Source of the DNA: Oligoflexia bacterium
Lineage (GTDB): Bacteria > Bdellovibrionota > UBA1018
NCBI GenBank assembly: GCA_963758495.1
Contig: CAVWVI010000003.1
Span: 320,001-384,000 of the forward strand
DNA length: 64,000 nucleotides
Direction of reading: 5' to 3'
This document shows positions 37,148 through 49,510 of this stretch, one piece after another. The translations under genes and the position numbers were made by a program. Each line of letters opens with the position of its first letter. The stretch's first letter is position 1. Under the pieces are notes generated by a model, which was not told where the DNA came from, ran no database searches, and saw only the letters and a program-made list of their open reading frames with translations.

Positions 37148-38584
37148 TTGAACTGGAATCCTATTTTTATCAGAATTATATTCATTTTTTCACTTCTATC
37201 AGGGGTGTTTCATCATTATACTCAAGCATTAGATCTCCTTCCTTATACTAATCGACAGCATCCTTTTAATGCTTGGACCACCACTGCTCGAGGCGACATT
37301 CGAACCGTAGGCATGGCTGGAGCTACTGTTGGACTTGCTGACACTTTTATAGCGAGCTTAGATAATCCCGCAGGATTAGCGATGACACTCTACGGAGGAG
37401 ATACAACTTTCACGTCTAATACTATTTACGATGGAAACACTCAAAATTACGATGAGGCCATGTATGCCAATGACATTGGACTGGCCATCAATCTCTACCC
37501 CTGGGGATTTAGTGTAGGGTACGTTTCACCGTTCCAAGTCGGTCAGCCCTATGGCCTCGCTTCCTCGCCTAATGATCCTACAATTCTCACGGTAAAAACT
37601 CGAGAACTCTATTTTTCAGCGGCAAGAGTATTTTTCAATAATCGGCTTGCACTTGGAGGCAGCTTGATTCTGGGCCAATCTGAACATCAGATGGAATTTA
37701 CAAATTCACCTCAATTAAGTGCCTCTTATCATGCCTATGCGCTTGGCGGAAATGTAGGTGCCACCTTCCAATTCCCTAATCGCTTCCTCCTTGGACTGAG
37801 TTATAATTTGTCTATGCAATATCCAGCAAATTCACTCTCAGAGCCCACTTCTGGAGTGACTCATTTTTTTCAACCCATCAATGTACCTTATCGAATCGGT
37901 GTAGGATTAGGATGGATACCTAATCGATTCTTTCGAGCGGATATATCCACTTTTATTATTGGCACTACTGACAATGCAGCACTTCTCCGAGATGACTCTG
38001 TAATAGTAGGTCAATACACTACGATTCAACCTAAAGTAGGCATTGCCTATCAATTTCTTGATTTTAAGAATTTGCAAGGAACCGCATTCATGGGAACCTA
38101 CTATGAGGTCACTCAAGTCCAGGACCAACCTAATCGAATTCATGCAACAGGAGGTTTCGAACTCAAACCCTGGATTCTTACTCTGGGTTTAGGTGTCGAC
38201 GAAAGCCAAAATTATAGAAATTACTTAGTCTCATTAGGTGTGGATGTTTTTAGAGTGATGGAAAAACTTGATATCATTCCATCTCTCCCTCGCCCCTCCT
38301 ATGTGGGAGCTTTTCCAAAAACAGTTTCATTATCGGATGAAGGACTTTCACAACCCTTAGTAAAAGATTGGCAGGCTACAGACAAATCAGTTAACCCTAT
38401 TCAAATTGGTTTAGATATTCCAAAAAGAATTAAAGAAAAGGCTAAAGAACTTGGAGAAACAATGTCGAATGTTTTCAACTCCAACTCCAACTCCAACTCC
38501 AACCCCAATAAAAATTCAACAAAAGTAGCTCCAACACCTATTAAGAAAAGGAAAAGACGTATTAAGGCACTGCACAAACATTAG
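37148..38584 (+). CDS. Putative outer-membrane barrel protein (FadL-like N-terminus)
   Basis: RTVGMAGA..A...NPAGLA motif, beta-strand pattern, basic tail with NSNSNS repeat. Confidence 0.55.
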   Translation: MNWNPIFIRIIFIFSLLSGVFHHYTQALDLLPYTNRQHPFNAWTTTARGDIRTVGMAGATVGLADTFIASLDNPAGLAMTLYGGDTTFTSNTIYDGNTQNYDEAMYANDIGLAINLYPWGFSVGYVSPFQVGQPYGLASSPNDPTILTVKTRELYFSAARVFFNNRLALGGSLILGQSEHQMEFTNSPQLSASYHAYALGGNVGATFQFPNRFLLGLSYNLSMQYPANSLSEPTSGVTHFFQPINVPYRIGVGLGWIPNRFFRADISTFIIGTTDNAALLRDDSVIVGQYTTIQPKVGIAYQFLDFKNLQGTAFMGTYYEVTQVQDQPNRIHATGGFELKPWILTLGLGVDESQNYRNYLVSLGVDVFRVMEKLDIIPSLPRPSYVGAFPKTVSLSDEGLSQPLVKDWQATDKSVNPIQIGLDIPKRIKEKAKELGETMSNVFNSNSNSNSNPNKNSTKVAPTPIKKRKRRIKALHKH

Positions 38585-38709
38585 ACAGCCGCATCGATTC
38601 CTTTGCATAGCTTTGTTTTCTTCCGTATTTCACATTAAAATAAAGAGTCCAATACCAGCACCTTACAAAAACAGGCAATAGGCCCAAGTCTTGCTTTAGT
38701 AGCCTGCAT

Positions 38710-39387
38710 ATGATGACACGAATTAAAATAATAACCAGTTTTTTAGTTTACTTCAGTTTAGTAGCTTCTACTCAAGCCGTAACTCCAAGCCCTATCGAAA
38801 AGAAAGCTTTTCTTCGCTGGAATCACGCGAAAGAATTAGTTGGAAAAAATTATCATAAAAGCATTGTAAAAACTGGAGAATCAATTGCAGTTCTTGATGA
38901 TGTGTTATTTCAATGGACTCATACTGCCTTAAAAGGTCACTGGAAATCTCGATCTGCAGAAGTTTCAAAAACTATTATCAAGGAAAGTGAAAAATATGGA
39001 TTTGATCCCGTATTTTTAATGGCCGTCATCCAAAATGAAAGTAGTTTCAAGCCTGAAATTATTGGTTCTTTCGGTGAAATCGGCTTGATGCAAATAACCC
39101 CTCAGACTGCTCAATGGATTACGAATAAATATAACTTACCTTGGAAAGGGGCAGAAAGCCTAAAAAATCCAACCACCAATATTAAAATTGGAGCTGCATA
39201 TATGGCTTACTTACGAGAAAAGTTTGCATTTCATAGTCAACTCTATCTTGCCGCCTACAACATGGGGTCTGCAAATGTTTATCGAAATCTAAAAAAACAA
39301 GTATGGCCTAAAATATATCCATCTCGAGTGATGCATCACTATGTTAAATTTTACGCTAAATTACAGGTAGCCATTCAAAAGACGTAA
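38710..39387 (+). CDS. SLT-family lytic transglycosylase
   Basis: AVIQNESSF, GEIGLMQI, NIKIGAAY, LAAYNMG. Confidence 0.9.
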   Translation: MMTRIKIITSFLVYFSLVASTQAVTPSPIEKKAFLRWNHAKELVGKNYHKSIVKTGESIAVLDDVLFQWTHTALKGHWKSRSAEVSKTIIKESEKYGFDPVFLMAVIQNESSFKPEIIGSFGEIGLMQITPQTAQWITNKYNLPWKGAESLKNPTTNIKIGAAYMAYLREKFAFHSQLYLAAYNMGSANVYRNLKKQVWPKIYPSRVMHHYVKFYAKLQVAIQKT

Positions 39388-39449
39388 GCACCGCAAGGAG
39401 TCCTAAAGGAACTGCTTACCAAAAGACTTAAAACTATGAACCCGCTCGA

Positions 39450-40687
<1,238 letters not shown>

Positions 40688-40701
40688 TTAAGATATGAAC
40701 A

Positions 40702-41607
40702 GTGTTCATGATGCAAAAGCAAGCAATCGAATTAAAAGAAGGAATTCTTTTTTTAATAAAGAACTCACCTGTTCGTTCACGGATTTTTTCTCCATCAGGA
40801 CAACCCTTTGATACCCATTTACTTCACCTGTCATCGTTGTATCGAACAAGCCGACGACTTTATCTAAAAAACAACGGCCAATTCCTGCCTTCGCTCGTCT
40901 CTTCGCCTCGCACACTCAGCTCTGCCTCACTTTTAAGAAATCTCATTGAATACAGTCCGATAGAAAACGAGCTGATCTGGGCAGCGAAAAATCCAAGTCA
41001 AAGCCGTCAACCTAAATACCTCCTCACACTGCGGAGTTATATTTCAAACCTCTTTCATGAGCAAAACCACCGAATCTTATGGACTTTTCTTCCACCTCCT
41101 TCCAAAAAAATAAAGACACTTCACAGATATTTAAATTTTGTAGAAAGCTTAGTGATTATTTTAGACATGGCATTAGGAGATGAGCTAGGCCCAAAACTAG
41201 CTCCTTTATTTCATCTTTGCGGAGCGGCCTACGACCCTGGAACAAAAATTAAGCAGCAGTTAGAAACTCGCCGAACTTACCGCAATTACCTTCAAGCAGC
41301 CCTCTATGGTACCTACCTGAATTTAGAAATGTACGATGAGGCAGACATCATAAAAATAATCCAAGCACTCTTTCCCAGCCTGGGTGACCTTGCCCTTCGC
41401 GCTGTACAGAGAAGTGTTCGCCTGGACCGTGAGTTTGTTCAAAAAACAAATCCCATTTGGCAAAGCTTACACTCTAAAGAAGTACTTCAAACTTTTTGTA
41501 GCCAAATTAACCAAGGTAATGCTCAGCTCGAATTGCCTGAGGACCCATTCAATAATTACCTAATCTACCTTTGGACAGAGAAATGGTTAGACCACTTTAA
41601 TCTATAA
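40702..41607 (+). CDS. Hypothetical protein (HExxH-like motif)
   Basis: 301 aa ORF, LFHEQNH. Confidence 0.6.
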   Translation: MFMMQKQAIELKEGILFLIKNSPVRSRIFSPSGQPFDTHLLHLSSLYRTSRRLYLKNNGQFLPSLVSSPRTLSSASLLRNLIEYSPIENELIWAAKNPSQSRQPKYLLTLRSYISNLFHEQNHRILWTFLPPPSKKIKTLHRYLNFVESLVIILDMALGDELGPKLAPLFHLCGAAYDPGTKIKQQLETRRTYRNYLQAALYGTYLNLEMYDEADIIKIIQALFPSLGDLALRAVQRSVRLDREFVQKTNPIWQSLHSKEVLQTFCSQINQGNAQLELPEDPFNNYLIYLWTEKWLDHFNL

Positions 41608-41630
41608 AATGAATCATCTTCTAAGGAGGA

Positions 41631-41777
41631 CTAGTGAATCACCGCTGGATTTGGAATAAAATGAGTTACAGGAGCATTTTTTATCTTATACTCCTTAATC
41701 CCAGTATAGATCGTCATAACTAAACAGAAAGCAATTCCAACAACACAGACTCCCATAATGACTGTAAACTTTTTCAT
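41631..41777 (-). CDS. Small single-pass membrane protein (48 aa)
   Basis: Hand translation MKKFTVIMGVCVVGIAFCLVMTIYTGIKEYKIKNAPVTHFIPNPAVIH. Confidence 0.45.
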   Translation of the reverse strand: MKKFTVIMGVCVVGIAFCLVMTIYTGIKEYKIKNAPVTHFIPNPAVIH

Positions 41778-41825
41778 AGTTCAACTCTATTTCACTTTTT
41801 TATAAGAAGTTCAACGCCTAAGCAC

Positions 41826-42419
41826 TTAGTTGGGTGCAGCTTTAGACCAAATTTCCTCAAACCGCTTATTATATCTTTCCACTACAACGGGATTCGAGAG
41901 ATAGATTTGATTCTCATTATTGGCGATACTTGCATGATTTGTATAATTAAATGAACCTAACTCAACTCTCTTGTGATCCACAATCATGAATTTATTATGC
42001 ATAATACCCCTCTGTCTACCATATCGCACTTGTGCTCCCGCCTTAATCAGAAGAGGCACTAATGAATGTTCTCCTTTCGCTTGCCTTCGATCCACAACAA
42101 TACGAACAGGAATTTTTCGCGACGCAACAAGGAGTTCATGAACTAACTTGTCCAGATTAATGTCATAGATTGCCACATCAATCGACTTTTGAGCGGATTG
42201 TGCAAACTTGATCAACTTCACATCACAAGGCTCATCAGGAGAAAAACAAACTTCTTGATCCTGGGGTGCTGAGACGCTCCGCTCATCAATTACTTTTGAC
42301 TCTTTGGATCTACTTCTCGTTTGTTTTGCAACTGCAACGTTGCTAAATACAATGGAATTCAGAACCATGACAAAGACTAAGACAAAGGCTGAGATTGATG
42401 TATTGTTTTTTCCATTCAT
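41826..42419 (-). CDS. Secreted phospholipase D-family nuclease (Nuc-like, single HKD)
   Basis: FSPDE, IDVAIY, MHNKFMIVD..GSFNYT..NNEN. Confidence 0.88.
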   Translation of the reverse strand: MNGKNNTSISAFVLVFVMVLNSIVFSNVAVAKQTRSRSKESKVIDERSVSAPQDQEVCFSPDEPCDVKLIKFAQSAQKSIDVAIYDINLDKLVHELLVASRKIPVRIVVDRRQAKGEHSLVPLLIKAGAQVRYGRQRGIMHNKFMIVDHKRVELGSFNYTNHASIANNENQIYLSNPVVVERYNKRFEEIWSKAAPN

Positions 42420-42530
42420 ACAACAAACAAGAGTTAAGCTTATAAATTAAAAAAGCAAGTAAATTGACAGGAACTCGGAGTCACACAACATTTTCTACAC
42501 TTACTTCAACTTGTGGTAAAAGCATATGAC

Positions 42531-43688
42531 ATGGAACGGAATGAGTGCAAACCCTACACAAACGACGAATTTCCACTCGCGATGAATCGGCTTTCACAAA
42601 ACCCAGACTTGCCCAAATTGATTCAATTTGTTTTTCCAGAGACATCTGTTCAAGAATTTTTAAAATTTGCCAAAAACATTAAAAGTACGGAAGATTTCCA
42701 AAAACGAGTGATTTCAAAAGCCATCCAAAACATTTTAAATCAAACCTCCGATGGACTTTCGGTGTCTGGTTTAGAAAATTGCTCTTTGGAAAAAAAATAT
42801 CTCTTCCTATCCAACCACCGCGACATTCTATGCGATCCGGCGCTATGTACCAACAGCCTTCTCTCTCATGGTTATCAAACCCCAAAAATTTGCTTAGGTG
42901 ATAATCTCCTGACTCACCCTCTCATTATCGACTTGGTAAAAATGAATAAGGGAGTTACGGTAAAACGGAACTTACCACCCCGAGAGCTTTTGAAACACTC
43001 ACTCATTCTCTCTAAGTTTATTTATGAACAAATTACGGAAAATCTCGATTCAGTTTGGATTGCTCAACGGGAAGGCCGAGCTAAAGATGGAAACGACCTC
43101 ACCCATCCAGGTGTTTTAAAAATGTTAACTCTTGCTGGAGACGAACCCATTTTAGAACAAATGAAAAAGCTTCATATAATTCCCGTCGCAATCTCCTATG
43201 AATATGACCCTTGCGACATCCTCAAAGCGCGAGAAATCTATCTTAAAGCAACACACGGCACCTACCAAAAGACCGCTCATGAAGACACAAAGAGTATCAT
43301 CACTGGAATTCAAGGTTATAAAGGAAAGGTTCATATTAATTTTGGAAAAGAACTCAACGAAGACATTGAACTCGCCCGTCAACACCCCTTAAAAAGAGAT
43401 CAAATCCTCGCTGTGTCACGTGTCATAGATCGACAGATCCATAGAAATTACAAAAATTGGCCATCCAACTTTATTGCATTTGATTTAATAGAAAATAATG
43501 ACTCCATGAAATCGAATTATTCAACTGAAGAAAAAGAAAAATTTATCACTCGATTAAAATCTCAACTCTCTCTTTTAGAAGAAGCTGATTCTGACAAAAA
43601 TAAAATTGAACGACTTATTCTTGAAGCTTATGCATTTCCTGTAAAAAATGCTATTTCTGCCACATCACCCCAACCGGATGGGTATTGA
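42531..43688 (+). CDS. Glycerolipid acyltransferase (PlsC-like)
   Basis: SNHRDILCD, GDNL, WIAQREGRAKDG, ISYEYDP. Confidence 0.88.
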   Translation: MERNECKPYTNDEFPLAMNRLSQNPDLPKLIQFVFPETSVQEFLKFAKNIKSTEDFQKRVISKAIQNILNQTSDGLSVSGLENCSLEKKYLFLSNHRDILCDPALCTNSLLSHGYQTPKICLGDNLLTHPLIIDLVKMNKGVTVKRNLPPRELLKHSLILSKFIYEQITENLDSVWIAQREGRAKDGNDLTHPGVLKMLTLAGDEPILEQMKKLHIIPVAISYEYDPCDILKAREIYLKATHGTYQKTAHEDTKSIITGIQGYKGKVHINFGKELNEDIELARQHPLKRDQILAVSRVIDRQIHRNYKNWPSNFIAFDLIENNDSMKSNYSTEEKEKFITRLKSQLSLLEEADSDKNKIERLILEAYAFPVKNAISATSPQPDGY

Positions 43689-43762
43689 GCACTAAAGTAG
43701 AGAGTCCTATTGCGCCGTAAAGATTTGGATTTCCGACGCAACAGGACTCCTTGCTATGCTTA
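43686..43762. repeat. ~75-bp palindromic dispersed repeat (REP/MITE-like)
   Basis: gagtcctattgcgccgtaaagatttggatttccgacgcaacaggactccttgctatgctta; homologous to 53611-53683. Confidence 0.8.
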
Positions 43763-45558
43763 CTTCCAATCTGAATAAATTGCGGCTAATCGCGGTGTAA
43801 CCAACTTGAGATAGCGGCGATACAATCCACCTCTCTCTGCATCCCGAGTTGCATGTCGCGCAAGAACTTTAAGGGTTTCTTGATAAGCCAATGCCTGACA
43901 AAGGGTCTCGGCATGAATGATCAATTTATCAAACCGAGTGGGCTCATTCCAGTATTCCTTCTTAAATACCCGATTCACCTGAGCGATCGTTTCCATGAAT
44001 CCATTTTCTGAAAAATCAAGCTCAGGCTTCACACATCTCATCACTAAACTCACAAAGTTCTTCCGAAATTCATAAGTCACGGCTTTAAACTCTTATTAAA
44101 CGCCGACTCACCGATTGCACCCACCGGATGACCCGCTACTAGACTTTGTAGAAATTGAGTTGGATTCTTTTTTAACTCTTTTACAAAATCTTTCATCGCC
44201 ATGAGAGACTGAATCTGAGATGTGCCTTCATAGAGAAGGGCTCCAAAGCTATCTCGATGGAGTCGTTCGACACAATATTCCATCATAAAGCCATAACCTC
44301 CAAACGCCTGAATGGCTCGTTTGGACAACGTCGTATTTGCTTCAGCACCATAATACTTCACCAGAGGAGTTCGACGTCGAACCACTCGCGCAGATTTTGA
44401 AAAAAGCTTGGATTCATCCTGAGTCAATTCACCGGTATGGCGTTTTTTTAAATCTAAGCGTTGAAAAATATCGAAATGAGACATGGTATCTACCATGAGC
44501 GCACGAAATGCGTCTCTTTCTGTTTCCCAATCTTCAAGATTCCTTTTAAACAAAGGTAACTCAACCAAAGTCTTCCCAAATTGCTTACGAGTTTCTGCGT
44601 ATTGGCGTGCAGCATCTAGAGACGCTTCAATTCCGCCTAATCCTTGCATGCCTACAGAAATTCTGGCTTCATTCATAAGATGAAGCATTAACTTGAAACC
44701 TTCGTTTTCATTTCCAACTAACTTGGCTACCGTATTCTCATAGACCACTTCGCAGGTAGGCGAGCCATGCATTCCCATCTTTTCTTCAATTTTTGAAATT
44801 CTATAATTATGGACAGGTTTTTCCCTCCCTGCAGGCGTGATCCACTCCTCAGCAAAGAACATGGAAATCCCCTCTAATCCCTGCGGAGCACCCTTCACTC
44901 TAGCAAGAATAAAAGCCAGTCCTCCGCCCCCATTCGTGATAAAGCATTTAGAACCATTTAAAAGGTAAGTGCCATCACTTTGTTTTTCAGCCGAAGTTCG
45001 AACGGAGCCGACATCAGACCCAGCGTCCGATTCAGTCATACACATACTGCCGCTCAGTTCTCCACGCTGAATCAGGGGGAGATACTTTTTTTGAGTTTCA
45101 GCGTCACAAAATCGTTCAATCATGTCGGCGATACTTGCAAAGAAACCGATTTGCGTACTAGTTGATACGCAGGCCCTCGATAGCTGCCCGAAAACCAGAA
45201 ACCAAAGTGAGCCCGGAATCCCCATCCCTCCGTGCTTTGGATCAATCGCCATGCTGAAAAGATCTAAATCTTTAGCTTCCTGATAAGTTTTCTTTAAAAC
45301 ATCAGAAATCTGAACGGTCCCATCGACCAAGCATCCACCGCCTACTCGATCCAACTCGGCAGCCCGACCGGCAACTGTTTCGCCTGTCCACTTCCCTGTA
45401 GCAGTCAACAACTCCTCATAAAACGAAATCAGTTCCTCAGAGTTAGAAAAGCCATCAGAAGTTGGAAAATTAGGCCTATAGAGAGGGATAATAGAATCCC
45501 AATCAATTGCATGCCGAAACAAATACCGCCACTCCTTCGAATCAGAAAAATAGTTCAT
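43760..45558 (-). pseudogene. Acyl-CoA dehydrogenase split by a 1-bp frameshift near 44085
   Basis: MCMTESDAGSD, NGSKCFITNG, KMGMHGSPT, MNEAR, FGGYGF, YEGTSQIQ; one extra base joins ..FNKS to KAVTYEFRK.. Confidence 0.8.
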
Positions 45559-45640
45559 TCTTTCATTTATAAAAAACAACGAGTAATTTGCAACAGTATT
45601 TCCGTTTTTATGTTAAAGTCCTCATTTTGGTCATCCATTT

Positions 45641-48538
45641 ATGATTTCGTCTGATTTTTATGACATCGTACAAAAAGCAAGTTTGCCTGGAATTTGGTCG
45701 AAAGGAGTTGCACTTTCTCGAACAGATTCCGTTATTGAAGACTCTCGTAATGAAGATGAAATTATACTCAGGGTTCGCGCAGCAGATCACCCTGTAAGCC
45801 GAAAAGTCACGCTCTGGCCTTTGGATGAGGATTGGTATTGTGACTGTGGGGCTAAGGTAAAAGTTTGTCCCCATATTGCAGCCGCTGTGATTTCACTCAA
45901 AAGTGGAAAAACGGTTTCAAACGCTACCCAAACTCTCACTTCAAAGTCAGCGCAGATTAGCTATCGTTTTAAAAGAAATGTGGGTGGACTTTTATTTGAG
46001 AGGTGGATCGTTTTTGGGACTCAAAAGGAAGAACTATTAACTGATTCACTTGTCAGTCGAGTGGGCGGAATTAGCTCGGGAAGAATCACTTCTTTACCTA
46101 TTGCTGCCACCAAAGAAGATTACGCCGTTGATGCTGCCCTAGGTTCTGGACGCCAGGTGAAACTTGATTCCATGACATTAGCGCAACTTTTCAAATCACT
46201 TGCGCATTGTTCAAATATTCAACTGGACGGCCAAACCGTGAGTGTTTCACCCAAACCGATTCAACTTTTAGCACAAGTGACCGACGAAGGTTCAGGATTC
46301 CGAATACAACAAATCAAAAACTCATTAGTCACTGAATCCTTTAAAGAAGCGGTTGCTCTTTGTGGCAATGTTCTAAGATGTATAGAAGTTCCAACACTCA
46401 CAACAGAAGAGAGAGCTCTCCTTTCCGGTGATGGAAAGTGCTTTTCTGGCAGAGAAGTTGTGCACTTGGTATCTGTGATCATTCCCTCTCTGAGAGAAAA
46501 AATTTCAATCGAAATCTTAAGTCATAAACTTCCAAAACTTAAACAAGTGCCACCTCGGATTGTTTTAGATTTAGAAAAACTAGGCACGACTGACACCCTT
46601 TCAGTTTTGCCCAAACTGGTTTATGGGACCCCCCATGATCCAATCCACTTAAACGAACTCTTCATAGCTGACCCCATAGCTGAAAAAAACATCATCAGAA
46701 AACTACAGAATGAACTCCAATTAACACCTGGGCACAGAGTCACTTTTGAAGGAGAATCCGCTGTAGAGTTCTGCTTACGCCTTAAAGATTGGGAGCTCTC
46801 AGGCGATGGTGTCAAGGCATTTTCTTTATCTGATACGCTTACCACTTCGATTCAATTTCAAGAAAGTGGGTTCCAATTATCTTTTGAGTCTCGAAATAAC
46901 AAAGCTCAAGCAGATCCTCAGCGAGTACTTCAAGCCTGGAGAGAAAATCATAACTACGTACCCCTTTTGGAAGGGGGATGGGCGCCTCTTCCAAAAGATT
47001 GGCTGGAACGCTTTGGAAGTCGGATTGCTTCACTTTTGGAATTTAAAGATTCAGCTCAGCAACTCCCCAGTTATTTGATTCCCGAACTCACAGAACTTTG
47101 TATTGAATCGAATCAACCCTACCCGGAGAGTTTTAAAAATTTAAGAACTTTTTTAGATCATACGGATACAATTCCAGAAGTAGAACCACCCAAGAATTTA
47201 AAGGCCACCCTCAGGCATTACCAACAGAAAGGCCTAAATTGGCTTTGCTTTTTGAGAGATTCGAAAATGGGGGCTATGCTTGCCGATGATATGGGGTTAG
47301 GAAAAACACTTCAAGCACTGTGCGCAATTCAAGGACGAACACTCATCATTGCTCCTACAAGTGTGTTACATGGCTGGGCAAATCAGATTAAACAGTTTCG
47401 TCCTGACCTCTCTTTTTCAACTTATTATGGAAATCAGCGAAAAATTGATTTATCCGCGAATATTATTCTAACTACCTATGCAATTCTGAGATTAGATCGG
47501 GAACAAATCACTCAAATCAATTGGGATACGATTATCTTAGATGAAGCGCAGGTGATTAAAAACCCAGACAGTCAGATTGCAAAAGCCGCTCATCTCCTTC
47601 GTGCAGACTCTCGAATTGCACTGAGCGGTACACCTATCGAAAATCGCTTAGACGATCTTTGGAGCCAATTCCAATTTTTAAATCCAGGCTTACTGGGAAC
47701 ACTTGAAAGTTTTCAAGAAAGGTTTGCCCTACCCATCTCTAAAGGGAACCTCTTAGTGGCCCAACAATTGAAAGAACGCATTCGTCCTTTCATTCTCAGG
47801 AGACTCAAACGAGAAGTTGCACCGGAGCTGCCGCCACGAACTGAAACGGTTCTTTACTGTGAACTCAGTGCCGAAGAAAAAGACGTTTATGACGCACTCT
47901 TAGCCTCAACTCGCCAAGAAGTACTGGATAAACTTGAGGCTGGAGGGAGTGTTTTTGCAGCGCTGGAATTATTACTCAGGCTCAGACAAGCCTGTTGCCA
48001 TGTATCACTTGTTCCAGGTCAACTGAGCCATAAATCATCAAAAATAGACTTACTCATTCAAACTTTGGAAAATTCAATTGCCCTCGGACATCGTGCACTG
48101 ATTTTTTCTCAATGGACTTCTTATTTAAATTTAATTGAGCCTCACTTAAAATCAAACAATATTACTTTCTCTAGATTAGATGGTACAACTCAAAATCGCC
48201 AACAAATCGTCGAGGAATTTCAAACTAGCACTACTTCCTCTGTCATGTTGATTTCCCTTAAAGCGGGAGGGATTGGATTAACCCTCACAGCTGCAGACCA
48301 TGTCTTTCTCATGGATCCTTGGTGGAACCCTACAGTTGAAGATCAAGCAGCAGATAGAACTCATAGAATTGGTCAGAAAAACCCTGTCTTAATCCATCGC
48401 CTCATTGCCGAAAATACAATTGAAGAGCGAATTCTCAATCTACAAAAAGCTAAATTAGAACTCGCTGCTTCGGTCCTCCAAGATGGCTCGCCAGCTGCTC
48501 CCATCACGAGAAACGATCTCATTCATTTATTAAATTAA
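45641..48538 (+). CDS. SWIM zinc finger-SNF2 family helicase
   Basis: WYCDC..CPH (SWIM); LADDMGLGKT, DEAQ, SGTPIEN, FSQW, QAADRTHRIGQ. Confidence 0.93.
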   Translation: MISSDFYDIVQKASLPGIWSKGVALSRTDSVIEDSRNEDEIILRVRAADHPVSRKVTLWPLDEDWYCDCGAKVKVCPHIAAAVISLKSGKTVSNATQTLTSKSAQISYRFKRNVGGLLFERWIVFGTQKEELLTDSLVSRVGGISSGRITSLPIAATKEDYAVDAALGSGRQVKLDSMTLAQLFKSLAHCSNIQLDGQTVSVSPKPIQLLAQVTDEGSGFRIQQIKNSLVTESFKEAVALCGNVLRCIEVPTLTTEERALLSGDGKCFSGREVVHLVSVIIPSLREKISIEILSHKLPKLKQVPPRIVLDLEKLGTTDTLSVLPKLVYGTPHDPIHLNELFIADPIAEKNIIRKLQNELQLTPGHRVTFEGESAVEFCLRLKDWELSGDGVKAFSLSDTLTTSIQFQESGFQLSFESRNNKAQADPQRVLQAWRENHNYVPLLEGGWAPLPKDWLERFGSRIASLLEFKDSAQQLPSYLIPELTELCIESNQPYPESFKNLRTFLDHTDTIPEVEPPKNLKATLRHYQQKGLNWLCFLRDSKMGAMLADDMGLGKTLQALCAIQGRTLIIAPTSVLHGWANQIKQFRPDLSFSTYYGNQRKIDLSANIILTTYAILRLDREQITQINWDTIILDEAQVIKNPDSQIAKAAHLLRADSRIALSGTPIENRLDDLWSQFQFLNPGLLGTLESFQERFALPISKGNLLVAQQLKERIRPFILRRLKREVAPELPPRTETVLYCELSAEEKDVYDALLASTRQEVLDKLEAGGSVFAALELLLRLRQACCHVSLVPGQLSHKSSKIDLLIQTLENSIALGHRALIFSQWTSYLNLIEPHLKSNNITFSRLDGTTQNRQQIVEEFQTSTTSSVMLISLKAGGIGLTLTAADHVFLMDPWWNPTVEDQAADRTHRIGQKNPVLIHRLIAENTIEERILNLQKAKLELAASVLQDGSPAAPITRNDLIHLLN

Positions 48539-48567
48539 AAAGGAACTCAGCCTCAAAAACATCCTAT

Positions 48568-49164
48568 TTAAGCAATTTCTCTTTTATCATGCTTAGCCCT
48601 GATTACTTTTTCTAACTCGCTCTCTTTACGAAGAGAGTCAAGGCGCCATTGCCCCTTAAATCGCTCGCCATTAATAAAAAAAGTGGGGGTCTCGGTTACT
48701 CCGCTTTGAATTGCACTATTGATGTCTTCAGCTAATCTTTCAGACAAATTTTTTGAATTCAAAGCTTTTTCAAATCTTTTCACATTGAGTCCCAGCTGGT
48801 AAGCATAATCCAATAAATCTTCTTGGTCTAAAGCTCCTTGATTTTCGAAAAGCATATGATGCATTTCCCAGAATTTTCCTTGTTGTGCGGCAGCTTCGGC
48901 AGCTAACGCTGCCTGACGTGCATGAAAATGAATGTCAACTAATGGAAAGTTTCTAAAAACATAGCCCATCTCCCCATGTAGATCCTGTAATAGTTTCTCT
49001 ACCACCGAATGAGCCTGAGCGGAAAATGGACATTCATAATCTCCATACTCCAAGAGAATTACCGACGATTCTGCTGCTCCTTGAATGTGATCTCTCTTGT
49101 CAATAGTTGGCGCATGCAAGCGAAGACTCCTTGGCTTATTTGATGAGATATCAGGCGGAATCAT
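48568..49164 (-). CDS. DsbA-family thioredoxin-fold protein (CxxS variant)
   Basis: EYGDYECPFS, FRNFPL, QGKFWEMH, GVTETPTFFING. Confidence 0.85.
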   Translation of the reverse strand: MIPPDISSNKPRSLRLHAPTIDKRDHIQGAAESSVILLEYGDYECPFSAQAHSVVEKLLQDLHGEMGYVFRNFPLVDIHFHARQAALAAEAAAQQGKFWEMHHMLFENQGALDQEDLLDYAYQLGLNVKRFEKALNSKNLSERLAEDINSAIQSGVTETPTFFINGERFKGQWRLDSLRKESELEKVIRAKHDKREIA

Positions 49165-49274
49165 AATGGGAAGGTTTGCAAATGTCGGACTAGGTAATCA
49201 CGAGCGGAATACCAATTGCAAATCGCTCTCATAGTTCTGACTTGCTAATAATTGAATATAAAGGAGTCAATCAG

Positions 49275-49487
49275 ATGGCACATCGAACCAATGTGATTCA
49301 AGTTTCAGAAAATATTGAATTCAAAAATGGACCTGAAAAAGTAACAGACCCAATCTGCAGAACCCAACTGACTCGCAAACTTGCAAAACATGTTCTCGTA
49401 AAAACTGATCATACCTATTATTTTTGTAGCAAAGAATGCTTGAATAAATTCATGTCACATCAATTACCTCAAGCCAAAGCATCCTAA
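49275..49487 (+). CDS. YHS-domain protein
   Basis: SD aaggag; TDPIC...YYFCSKECLNKF. Confidence 0.8.
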   Translation: MAHRTNVIQVSENIEFKNGPEKVTDPICRTQLTRKLAKHVLVKTDHTYYFCSKECLNKFMSHQLPQAKAS

Positions 49488-49510
49488 CTTTAAAACCTCA
49501 TCGGATCACC

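Noticed and set aside
43686..43762. Integron attC sites for the palindromic repeats
   Set aside because: No RYYYAAC/GTTRRRY ends, no cassette array and no integron integrase
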